From positions 19,220,001-19,284,000 of the forward strand of contig OZ059897.1 in the NCBI GenBank assembly GCA_964057225.1: 64,000 nucleotides of DNA. The letters run 5' to 3'. The notes under the pieces were generated by a model. The model saw only the letters and a list, made by a program, of their open reading frames with translations. It was not told the origin of the DNA and did no database searches. Below, in pieces: positions 11,701 to 24,700 of the stretch (the stretch's first letter is position 1; the number at the start of each line of letters is the position of its first letter). The position numbers were made by a program, and so were the translations under genes. The DNA comes from Auanema rhodensis. Its lineage: Eukaryota; Animalia; Nematoda.

Positions 11701-13539
11701 ATCAGTTGATATCTCGGTGCATTTTTAAGCTAGCGCAAATCTGATAACACAGATCGACGCAGCTTGAAAATCCGCATCGAATGCACTATACTACATTGAG
11801 AAACGCTTAATACAAAAATTAGTTATGATCGTTTGAAAAATGATGCATTAGTGTATGTTGAGTTTCCATGTACACTCAACATTGCTTCCAAAAACATTTT
11901 GGACAAAAATTTTTTAGAAAAATTTCAAAATAATTTAGCAAAAAGTAGATGTTTTTAGATTCCATTTTTCAAGGCAAAGACGATGGACAATGTTATTCAA
12001 CGAAAAAATTAATTCTTCAGGGTGAAAATCGAGGATATAAGTGTAAACTTATATCAGTTGATATCTCGGTGCATTTTTAAGCTAGCGCAAATCTGATAAC
12101 ACAGATCGACGCAGCTTAAAAATCCGCATCGAATGCACTATACTACATTGAGAAACGCTTAATACAAAAATTAGTTATGATCGTTTGAAAAATGATGCAT
12201 TAGTGTATGTTGAGTTTCCATGTACACTCAACATTGCTTCCAAAAACATTTTGACAAAAATTTTTTCGAAAAATTTCAGAATAATTTAGCAAAAAGTAGA
12301 TGTTTTTAGATTCCATTTTTCAAGGCAAAGACGATGGACAATGTTATTCAACGAAAAAATTAATTCTTCAGGGTGAAAATCGAGGATATAAGTGTAAACT
12401 TATATCAGTTGATATCTCGGTGCATTTTTAAGCTAGCGCAAATCTGATAACACAGATCGACGCAGCTTAAAAATCCGCATCGAATGCACTATACTACATT
12501 GAGAAACGCTTAATACAAAAATTAGTTATGATCGTTTGAAAAATGATGCATTAGTGTATGTTGAGTTTCCATGTACACTCAACATTGCTTCCAAAAACAT
12601 TTTGACAAAAATTTTTTCGAAAAATTTCAGAATAATTTAGCAAAAAGTAGATGTTTTTAGATTCCATTTTTCAAGGCAAAGACGATGAACAATGTTATTC
12701 AACGAAAAAATTAATTCTTCAGGGTGAAAATCGAGGATATAAGTGTGAACTTATATCAGTTGATATCTCGGTGCATTTTTAAGCTAGCGCAAATCTGATA
12801 ACACAGATCGACGCAGCTTAAAAATCCGGATCGAATGCACTATACTACATTGAAGAACGCTTAATACAAAAATTAGTTATGATCGTTTGAAAAATGATGC
12901 ATTAGTGTATGTTGAGTTTCCATGTACACTCAACATTGCTTCCAAAAACATTTTGACAAAAATTTTTTCGAAAAATTTCAAAATAATTTAGCAAAAAGTA
13001 GATGTTTTTAGATTCCATTTTTCAAGACAAAGACGATGGACAATGTTATTCAACGAAAAAATTAATTCTTCAGGGTGAAAATCGAGGATATAAGTGTAAA
13101 CTTATATCAGTTGATATCTCGGTGCATTTTTAAGCTAGCGCAAATCTGATAACACAGATCGACGCAGCTTAAAAATCCGCATCGAATGCACTATACTACA
13201 TTAAGAAACGCTTAATACAAAAATTAGTTATGATCGTTTGAAAAATGATGCATTAGTGTATGTTGAGTTTCCATGTACACTCAACATTGCTTCCAAAAAC
13301 ATTTTGACAAAAATTTTTTCGAAAAATTTCAAAATAATTTAGCAAAAAGTAGATGTTTTTAGATTTCATTTTTCAAGGCAAAGACGATGGACAATGTTAT
13401 TCAACGAAAAAATTAATTCTTCAGGGTGAAAATCGAGGATATAAGTGTGAACTTATAAAAGTTGATATCTCGGTGCATTTTTAAGCTAGCGCAAATCTGA
13501 TAACACAGATCGACGCAGCATAAAAATCCGCATCGAATG

Positions 13540-16500
13540 CACTATACTACATTAAGAAACGCTTGATACAAAAATTAGTTCTGATGGTTTGAAAAATGAT
13601 GCATTAGTGTATGTTGAGTTTCCATGTACACTCAACATTGCTTCCAAAAACATTTTGACAAAAATTTTTTCGAAAAATTTCAGAATAATTTAGCAAAAAG
13701 TAGATGTTTTTAGATTCCATTTTTCAAGGCAAAGACGATGGACAATGTTATTCAACGAAAAAATTAATTCTTCAGGGTGAAAATCGAGGATATAAGTGTG
13801 AACTTATATCAGTTGATATCTCGGTGCATTTTTAAGCTAGCGCAAATCTGATAACACAGATCGACGCAGCTTAAAAATCCGGATCGAATGCACTATACTA
13901 CATTGAAGAACGCTTAATACAAAAATTAGTTATGATCGTTTGAAAAATGATGCATTAGTGTATGTTGAGTTTCCATGTACACTCAACATTGCTTCCAAAA
14001 ACATTTTGACAAAAATTTTTTCGAAAAATTTCAAAATAATTTAGCAAAAAGTAGATGTTTTTAGATTCCATTTTTCAAGGCAAAGACGATGGACAATGTT
14101 ATTCAACGAAAAAATTAATTCTTCAGGGTGAAAATCGAGGATATAAGTGTGAACTTATATCAGTTGATATCTCGGTGCATTTTTAAGCTAGCGCAAATCT
14201 GATAACACAGATCGACGCAGCTTAAAAATCCGGATCGAATGCACTATACTACATTAAGAAACGCTTGATACAAAAATTAGTTATGATCGTTTGAAAAATG
14301 ATGCATTAGTGTATGTTGAGTTTCCATGTACACTCAACATTGCTTCCAAAAACATTTTGACAAAAATTTTTTCGAAAAATTTCAAAATAATTTAGCAAAA
14401 AGTAGAAGTTTTTAGATTCCTTTTTTCAAGGCAAAGACGATGGACAATGTTATTCAACGAAAAAATTAATTCTTCAGGGTGAAAATCGAGGATATAAGTG
14501 TGAACTTATATCAGTTGATATCTCGGTGCATTTTTAAGCTAGCGCAAATCTGATAACACAGATCGACGCAGCTTAAAAATCCGGATCGAATGCACTATAC
14601 TACATTAAGAAACGCTTGATACAAAAATTAGTTATGATCGTTTGAAAAATGATGCATTAGTGTATGTTGAGTTTCCATGTACACTCAACATTGCTTCCAA
14701 AAACATTTTGACAAAAATTTTTTCGAAAAATTTCAAAATAATTTAGCAAAAAGTAGATGTTTTTAGATTCCTTTTTTCAAGGCAAAGACGATGGACAATG
14801 TTATTCAACGAAAAAATTAATTCTTCAGGGTGAAAATCGAGGATATAAGTGTGAACTTATATCAGTTGATATCTCGGTGCATTTTTAAGCTAGCGCAAAT
14901 CTGATAACACAGATCGACGCAGCTTAAAAATCCGCATCGAATGCACTATACTACATTGAGAAACGCTTAATACGAAAATTAGTTATGATCGTTTGAAAAA
15001 TGATGCATTAGTGTATGTTGAGTTTCCATGTACACTCAACATTGCTTCCAAAAACATTTTGACAAAAATTTTTTCGAAAAATTTCAAAATAATTTAGCAA
15101 AAAGTAGATGTTTTTAGATTTCATTTTTCAAGGCAAAGACGATGGACAATGTTATTCAACGAAAAAATTAATTCTTCAGGGTGAAAATCGAGGATATAAG
15201 TGTGAACTTATAAAAGTTGATATCTCGGTGCATTTTTAAGCTAGCGCAAATCTGATAACACAGATCGACGCAGCTTAAAAATCCGCATCGAATGCACTAT
15301 ACTACATTGAGAAACGCTTAATACAAAAAATAGTTATGATCGTTTGAAAAATGATGCATTAGTGTATGTTGAGTTTCCATGTACACTCAACATTGCTTCC
15401 AAAAACATTTTGACAAAAATTTTTTCGAAAAATTTCAAAATAATTTAGCAAAAAGTAGATGTTTTTAGATTTCATTTTTCAAGGCAAAGACGATGGACAA
15501 TGTTATTCAACGAAAAAATTAATTCTTCAGGGTGAAAATCGAGGATATAAGTGTGAACTTATAAAAGTTGATATCTCGGTGCATTTTTAAGCTAGCGCAA
15601 ATCTGATAACACAGATCGACGCAGCTTAAAAATCCGCATCGAATGCACTATACTACATTAAGAAACGCTTGATACAAAAATTAGTTATGATCGTTTGAAA
15701 AATGATGCATTAGTGTATGTTGAGTTTCCATGTACACTCAACATTGCTTCCAAAAACATTTTGACAAAAATTTTTTCGAAAAATTTCAAAATAATTTAGC
15801 AAAAAGTAGATGTTTTTAGATTCCTTTTTTCAAGGCAAAGACGATGGACAATGTTATTCAACGAAAAAAATTAATTCTTCAGGGTGAAAATCGGGTATAT
15901 ATGTGTGTACTTATATCAGTTGATATCTCGGTGCATTTTTAAGCTAGCGCAAATCTGATAACACAGATCGACGCAGCTTAAAAATCCGCATCGAATGCAC
16001 TATACTACATTGAGAAACACTTGATACAAAAATTAGTTATGATCGTTTGAAAAATGATGCATTAGTGTATGTTGAGTTTCCATGTACACTCAACATTGCT
16101 TCCAAAAACATTTTGACAAAAATTTTTTCGAAAAATTTCAAAATAATTCAGCAAAAAGTAGATGTTTTTAGATTCCATTTTTCAAGGCAAAGACGATGGA
16201 CAATGTTATTCAACGAAAAAATTAGTTCTTCAGGGTGAAAATCGAGGATATAAGTGTAAACTTATATCAGTTGATATCTCGGTGCATTTTTAAGCTAGCG
16301 CAAATCTGATAACACAGATCGACGCAGCTTAAAAATCCGCATCGAATGCACTATACTACATTGAGAAACGCTTGATACAAAAATTAGTTATAATCGTTTG
16401 AAAAATGATGCATTAGTGTATGTTGAGTTTCCATGTACACTCAACATTGCTTCCAAAAACATTTTGACAAAAATTTTTTCGAAAAATTTCAAAATAATTT

Positions 16501-18240
16501 AGCAAAAAGTAGATGTTTTTAGATTTCATTTTTCAAGGCAAAGACGATGGACAATGTTATTCAACGAAAAAATTAATTCTTCAGGGTGAAAATCGAGGAT
16601 ATAAGTGTGAACTTATAAAAGTTGATATCTCGGTGCATTTTTAAGCTAGCGCAAATCTGATAACACAGATCGACGCAGCTTAAAAATCCGCATCGAATGC
16701 ACTATACTACATTGAGAAACGCTTAATACAAAAATTAGTTATGATCGTTTGAAAAATGATGCATTAGTGTATGTTGAGTTTCCATGTACACTCAACATTG
16801 CTTCCAAAAACATTTTGACAAAAATTTTTTCGAAAAATTTCAAAATAATTTAGCAAAAAGTAGATGTTTTTAGATTCCTTTTTTCAAGGCAAAGACGATG
16901 GACAATGTTATTCAACGAAAAAAATTAATTCTTCAGGGTGAAAATCGGGTATATATGTGTGTACTTATATCAGTTGATATCTCGGTGCATTTTTAAGCTA
17001 GCGCAAATCTGATAACACAGATCGACGCAGCTTAAAAATCCGCATCGAATGCACTATACTACATTGAGAAACACTTGATACAAAAATTAGTTATGATCGT
17101 TTGAAAAATGATGCATTAGTGTATGTTGAGTTTCCATTTACACTCAACATTGCTTCCAAAAACATTTTGACAAAAATTTTTTCGAAAAATTTCAAAATAA
17201 TTCAGCAAAAAGTAGATGTTTTTAGATTCCATTTTTCAAGGCAAAGACGATGGACAATGTTATTCAACGAAAAAATTAATTCTTCAGGGTGAAAATCGAG
17301 GATATAAGTGTGAACTTATAAAAGTTGATATCTCGGTGCATTTTTAAGCTAGCGCAAATCTGATAACACAGATCGACGCAGCTTAAAAATCCGCATCGAA
17401 TGCACTATACTACATTGAGAAACGCTTGATACAAAAATTAGTTATAATCGTTTGAAAAATGATGCATTAGTGTATGTTGAGTTTCCATGTACACTCAACA
17501 TTGCTTCCAAAAACATTTTGACAAAAATTTTTTCGAAAAATTTCAAAATAATTTAGCAAAAAGTAGATGTTTTTAGATTTCATTTTTCAAGGCAAAGACG
17601 ATGGACAATGTTATTCAACGAAAAAATTAATTCTTCAGGGTGAAAATCGAGGATATAAGTGTGAACTTATAAAAGTTGATATCTCGGTGCATTTTTAAGC
17701 TAGCGCAAATCTGATAACACAGATCGACGCAGCTTAAAAATCCGCATCGAATGCACTATACTACATTAAGAAACGCTTGATACAAAAATTAGTTCTGATG
17801 GTTTGAAAAATGATGCATTAGTGTATGTTGAGTTTCCATGTACACTCAACATTGCTTCCAAAAACATTTTGACAAAAATTTTTTCGAAAAATTTCAGAAT
17901 AATTTAGCAAAAAGTAGATGTTTTTAGATTCCATTTTTCAAGGCAAAGACGATGAACAATGTTATTCAACGAAAAAATTAATTCTTCAGGGTGAAAATCG
18001 AGGATATAAGTGTGAACTTATATCAGTTGATATCTCGGTGCATTTTTAAGCTAGCGCAAATCTGATAACACAGATCGACGCAGCTTAAAAATCCGGATCG
18101 AATGCACTATACTACATTGAAGAACGCTTAATACAAAAATTAGTTATGATCGTTTGAAAAATGATGCATTAGTGTATGTTGAGTTTCCATGTACACTCAA
18201 CATTGCTTCCAAAAACATTTTGACAAAAATTTTTTCGAAA
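13540..18240. repeat. ~13-monomer block, copy 2
   Basis: Line-for-line match to 4060-8760 apart from a few SNPs (e.g. 16225-16270, 17955). Confidence 0.9.
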
Positions 18241-18259
18241 AATTTCAAAATAATTAAGC

Positions 18260-21200
18260 AAAAAGTAGATGTTTTTAGATTCCATTTTTCAAGGCAAAGA
18301 CGATGGACAATGTTATTCAACGAAAAAATTAATTCTTCAGGGTGAAAATCGAGGATATAAGTGTGAACTTATATCAGTTGATATCTCGGTGCATTTTTAA
18401 GCTAGCGCAAATCTGATAACACAGATCGACGCAGCTTAAAAATCCGGATCGAATGCACTATACTACATTAAGAAACGCTTGATACAAAAATTAGTTATGA
18501 TCGTTTGAAAAATGATGCATTAGTGTATGTTGAGTTTCCATGTACACTCAACATTGCTTCCAAAAACATTTTGACAAAAATTTTTTCGAAAAATTTCAAA
18601 ATAATTTAGCAAAAAGTAGAAGTTTTTAGATTCCTTTTTTCAAGGCAAAGACGATGGACAATGTTATTCAACGAAAAAATTAATTCTTCAGGGTGAAAAT
18701 CGAGGATATAAGTGTGAACTTATATCAGTTGATATCTCGGTGCATTTTTAAGCTAGCGCAAATCTGATAACACAGATCGACGCAGCTTAAAAATCCGCAT
18801 CGAATGCACTATACTACATTGAGAAACGCTTAATACAAAAATTAGTTATGATCGTTTGAAAAATGATGCATTAGTGTATGTTGAGTTTTCATGTACACTC
18901 AACATTGCTTCCAAAAACATTTTGACAAAAATTTTTTCGAAAAATTTCAAAATAATTTAGCAATAAGTAGAAGTTTTTAGATTCCTTTTTCCAAGGCAAA
19001 GACGATGGACAATGTTATTCAACGAAAAAATTAATTCTTCAGGGTGAAAATCGAGGATATAAGTGTGAACTTATATCAGTTGATATCTCGGTGCATTTTT
19101 AAGCTAGCGCAAATCTGATAACACAGATCGACGCAGCTTGAAAATCCGCATCGAATGCACTATACTACATTGAGAAACGCTTAATACAAAAATTAGTTAT
19201 GATCGTTTGAAAAATGATGCATTAGTGTATGTTGAGTTTCCATGTACACTCAACATTGCTTCCAAAAACATTTTGGACAAAAATTTTTTCGAAAAATTTC
19301 AAAATAATTTAGCAAAAAGTAGATGTTTTTAGATTCCATTTTTCAAGGCAAAGACGATGGACAATGTTATTCAACGAAAAAATTAATTCTTCAGGGTGAA
19401 AATCGAGGATATAAGTGTGAACTTATATCAGTTGATATCTCGGTGCATTTTTAAGCTAGCGCAAATCTGATAACACAGATCGACGCAGCTTGAAAATCCG
19501 CATCGAATGCACTATACTACATTGAGAAACGCTTAATACAAAAATTAGTTATGATCGTTTGAAAAATGATGCATTAGTGTATGTTGAGTTTCCATGTACA
19601 CTCAACATTGCTTCCAAAAACATTTTGACAAAAATTTTTTCGAAAAATTTCAGAATAATTTAGCAAAAAGTAGAAGTTTTTAGATTCCTTTTTTCAAGGC
19701 AAAGACGATGGACAATGTTATTCAACGAAAAAATTAATTCTTCAGGGTGAAAATCGAGGATATAAGTGTGAACTTATATCAGTTGATATCTCGGTGCATT
19801 TTTAAGCTAGCGCAAATCTGATAACACAGATCGACGCAGCTTAAAAATCCGCATCGAATGCACTATACTACATTGAGAAACGCTTAATACAAAAATTAGT
19901 TATGATCGTTTGAAAAATGATGCATTAGTGTATGTTGAGTTTCCATGTACACTCAACATTGCTTCCAAAAACATTTTGACAAAAATTTTTTCGAAAAATT
20001 TCAAAATAATTTAGCAAAAAGTAGATGTTTTTAGATTCCATTTTTCAAGGCAAAGACGATGGACAATGTTATTCAACGAAAAAATTAATTCTTCAGGGTG
20101 AAAATCGAGGATATAAGTGTGAACTTATATCAGTTGATATCTCGGTGCATTTTTAAGCTAGCGCAAATCTGATAACACAGATCGACGCAGCTTAAAAATC
20201 CGGATCGAATGCACTATACTACATTAAGAAACGCTTGATACAAAAATTAGTTATGATCGTTTGAAAAATGATGCATTAGTGTATGTTGAGTTTCCATGTA
20301 CACTCAACATTGCTTCCAAAAACATTTTGACAAAAATTTTTTCGAAAAATTTCAAAATAATTTAGCAAAAAGTAGAAGTTTTTAGATTCCTTTTTTCAAG
20401 GCAAAGACGATGGACAATGTTATTCAACGAAAAAATTAATTCTTCAGGGTGAAAATCGAGGATATAAGTGTGAACTTATATCAGTTGATATCTCGGTGCA
20501 TTTTTAAGCTAGCGCAAATCTGATAACACAGATCGACGCAGCTTAAAAATCCGCATCGAATGCACTATACTACATTGAGAAACGCTTAATACAAAAATTA
20601 GTTATGATCGTTTGAAAAATGATGCATTAGTGTATGTTGAGTTTTCATGTACACTCAACATTGCTTCCAAAAACATTTTGACAAAAATTTTTTCGAAAAA
20701 TTTCAAAATAATTTAGCAATAAGTAGAAGTTTTTAGATTCCTTTTTCCAAGGCAAAGACGATGGACAATGTTATTCAACGAAAAAATTAATTCTTCAGGG
20801 TGAAAATCGAGGATATAAGTGTGAACTTATATCAGTTGATATCTCGGTGCATTTTTAAGCTAGCGCAAATCTGATAACACAGATCGACGCAGCTTGAAAA
20901 TCCGCATCGAATGCACTATACTACATTGAGAAACGCTTAATACAAAAATTAGTTATGATCGTTTGAAAAATGATGCATTAGTGTATGTTGAGTTTCCATG
21001 TACACTCAACATTGCTTCCAAAAACATTTTGGACAAAAATTTTTTCGAAAAATTTCAAAATAATTTAGCAAAAAGTAGATGTTTTTAGATTCCATTTTTC
21101 AAGGCAAAGACGATGGACAATGTTATTCAACGAAAAAATTAATTCTTCAGGGTGAAAATCGAGGATATAAGTGTGAACTTATATCAGTTGATATCTCGGT

Positions 21201-21755
21201 GCATTTTTAAGCTAGCGCAAATCTGATAACACAGATCGACGCAGCTTGAAAATCCGCATCGAATGCACTATACTACATTGAGAAACGCTTAATACAAAAA
21301 TTAGTTATGATCGTTTGAAAAATGATGCATTAGTGTATGTTGAGTTTCCATGTACACTCAACATTGCTTCCAAAAACATTTTGACAAAAATTTTTTCGAA
21401 AAATTTCAGAATAATTTAGCAAAAAGTAGAAGTTTTTAGATTCCTTTTTTCAAGGCAAAGACGATGGACAATGTTATTCAACGAAAAAATTAATTCTTCA
21501 GGGTGAAAATCGAGGATATAAGTGTGAACTTATATCAGTTGATATCTCGGTGCATTTTTAAGCTAGCGCAAATCTGATAACACAGATCGACGCAGCTTAA
21601 AAATCCGCATCGAATGCACTATACTACATTGAGAAACGCTTAATACAAAAATTAGTTATGATCGTTTGAAAAATGATGCATTAGTGTATGTTGAGTTTCC
21701 ATGTACACTCAACATTGCTTCCAAAAACATTTTGACAAAAATTTTTTCGAAAAAT
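18260..21755. repeat. Tandem duplication of a 5-monomer unit (period 1,756 bp)
   Basis: Private allele CAATAAGTAGAAG at ~18964 and ~20720. TTTTGGAC insertion at ~19275 and ~21031. Intervening variants occur in the same order. Confidence 0.92.
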
Positions 21756-24700
21756 TTCAGAATAATTTAGCAAAAAGTAGATGTTTTTAGATTCCATTTT
21801 TCAAGGCAAAGACGATGGACAATGTTATTCAACGAAAAAATTAATTCTTCAGGGTGAAAATCGAGGATATAAGTGTGAACTTATATCAGTTGATATCTCG
21901 GTGCATTTTTAAGCTAGCGCAAATCTGATAACACAGATCGACGCAGCTTAAAAATCCGGATCGAATGCACTATACTACATTGAAGAACGCTTAATACAAA
22001 AATTAGTTATGATCGTTTGAAAAATGATGCATTAGTGTATGTTGAGTTTCCATGTACACTCAACATTGCTTCCAAAAACATTTTGACAAAAATTTTTTCG
22101 AAAAATTTCAAAATAATTTAGCAAAAAGTAGATGTTTTTAGATTCCATTTTTCAAGGCAAAGACGATGGACAATGTTATTCAACGAAAAAATTAATTCTT
22201 CAGGGTGAAAATCGAGGATATAAGTGTGAACTTATATCAGTTGATATCTCGGTGCATTTTTAAGCTAGCGCAAATCTGATAACACAGATCGACGCAGCTT
22301 AAAAATCCGGATCGAATGCACTATACTACATTAAGAAACGCTTGATACAAAAATTAGTTATGATCGTTTGAAAAATGATGCATTAGTGTATGTTGAGTTT
22401 CCATGTACACTCAACATTGCTTCCAAAAACATTTTGACAAAAATTTTTTCGAAAAATTTCAAAATAATTTAGCAAAAAGTAGAAGTTTTTAGATTCCTTT
22501 TTTCAAGGCAAAGACGATGGACAATGTTATTCAACGAAAAAATTAATTCTTCAGGGTGAAAATCGAGGATATAAGTGTGAACTTATATCAGTTGATATCT
22601 CGGTGCATTTTTAAGCTAGCGCAAATCTGATAACACAGATCGACGCAGCTTAAAAATCCGCATCGAATGCACTATACTACATTGAGAAACGCTTAATACA
22701 AAAATTAGTTATGATCGTTTGAAAAATGATGCATTAGTGTATGTTGAGTTTTCATGTACACTCAACATTGCTTCCAAAAACATTTTGACAAAAATTTTTT
22801 CGAAAAATTTCAAAATAATTTAGCAAAAAGTAGAAGTTTTTAGATTCCTTTTTCCAAGGCAAAGACGATGGACAATGTTATTCAACGAAAAAATTAATTC
22901 TTCAGGGTGAAAATCGAGGATATAAGTGTGAACTTATATCAGTTGATATCTCGGTGCATTTTTAAGCTAGCGCAAATCTGATAACACAGATCGACGCAGC
23001 TTGAAAATCCGCATCGAATGCACTATACTACATTGAGAAACGCTTAATACAAAAATTAGTTATGATCGTTTGAAAAATGATGCATTAGTGTATGTTGAGT
23101 TTCCATGTACACTCAACATTGCTTCCAAAAACATTTTGGACAAAAATTTTTTCGAAAAATTTCAAAATAATTTAGCAAAAAGTAGATGTTTTTAGATTCC
23201 ATTTTTCAAGGCAAAGACGATGGACAATGTTATTCAACGAAAAAATTAATTCTTCAGGGTGAAAATCGAGGATATAAGTGTAAACTTATATCAGTTGATA
23301 TCTCGGTGCATTTTTAAGCTAGCGCAAATCTGATAACACAGATCGACGCAGCTTAAAAATCCGCATCGAATGCACTATACTACATTGAGAAACGCTTAAT
23401 ACAAAAATTAGTTATGATCGTTTGAAAAATGATGCATTAGTGTATGTTGAGTTTCCATGTACACTCAACATTGCTTCCAAAAACATTTTGACAAAAATTT
23501 TTTCGAAAAATTTCAGAATAATTTAGCAAAAAGTAGATGTTTTTAGATTCCATTTTTCAAGGCAAAGACGATGGACAATGTTATTCAACGAAAAAATTAA
23601 TTCTTCAGGGTGAAAATCGAGGATATAAGTGTAAACTTATATCAGTTGATATCTCGGTGCATTTTTAAGCTAGCGCAAATCTGATAACACAGATCGACGC
23701 AGCTTAAAAATCCGCATCGAATGCACTATACTACATTGAGAAACGCTTAATACAAAAATTAGTTATGATCGTTTGAAAAATGATGCATTAGTGTATGTTG
23801 AGTTTCCATGTACACTCAACATTGCTTCCAAAAACATTTTGACAAAAATTTTTTCGAAAAATTTCAGAATAATTTAGCAAAAAGTAGATGTTTTTAGATT
23901 CCATTTTTCAAGGCAAAGACGATGGACAATGTTATTCAACGAAAAAATTAATTCTTCAGGGTGAAAATCGAGGATATAAGTGTGAACTTATATCAGTTGA
24001 TATCTCGGTGCATTTTTAAGCTAGCGCAAATCTGATAACACAGATCGACGCAGCTTAAAAATCCGGATCGAATGCACTATACTACATTGAAGAACGCTTA
24101 ATACAAAAATTAGTTATGATCGTTTGAAAAATGATGCATTAGTGTATGTTGAGTTTCCATGTACACTCAACATTGCTTCCAAAAACATTTTGACAAAAAT
24201 TTTTTCGAAAAATTTCAAAATAATTTAGCAAAAAGTAGATGTTTTTAGATTCCATTTTTCAAGACAAAGACGATGGACAATGTTATTCAACGAAAAAATT
24301 AATTCTTCAGGGTGAAAATCGAGGATATAAGTGTAAACTTATATCAGTTGATATCTCGGTGCATTTTTAAGCTAGCGCAAATCTGATAACACAGATCGAC
24401 GCAGCTTAAAAATCCGCATCGAATGCACTATACTACATTAAGAAACGCTTAATACAAAAATTAGTTATGATCGTTTGAAAAATGATGCATTAGTGTATGT
24501 TGAGTTTCCATGTACACTCAACATTGCTTCCAAAAACATTTTGACAAAAATTTTTTCGAAAAATTTCAGAATAATTTAGCAAAAAGTAGAAGTTTTTAGA
24601 TTCCTTTTTTCAAGGCAAAGACGATGGACAATGTTATTCAACGAAAAAATTAATTCTTCAGGGTGAAAATCGAGGATATAAGTGTGAACTTATATCAGTT

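Noticed and set aside
3758-18345. Six 63-aa ORFs (MKNDALVYVEF...) at 3758, 6567, 7621, 16047, 17101 and 18154
   Set aside because: They start at TTG and lie wholly in satellite sequence. They exist only where the monomer's TAG (offsets 348-350) mutated to CAG or AAG; nearly all other copies stop there. The K/F/I/N-rich composition mirrors the A/T tracts, and I recognise no domain.
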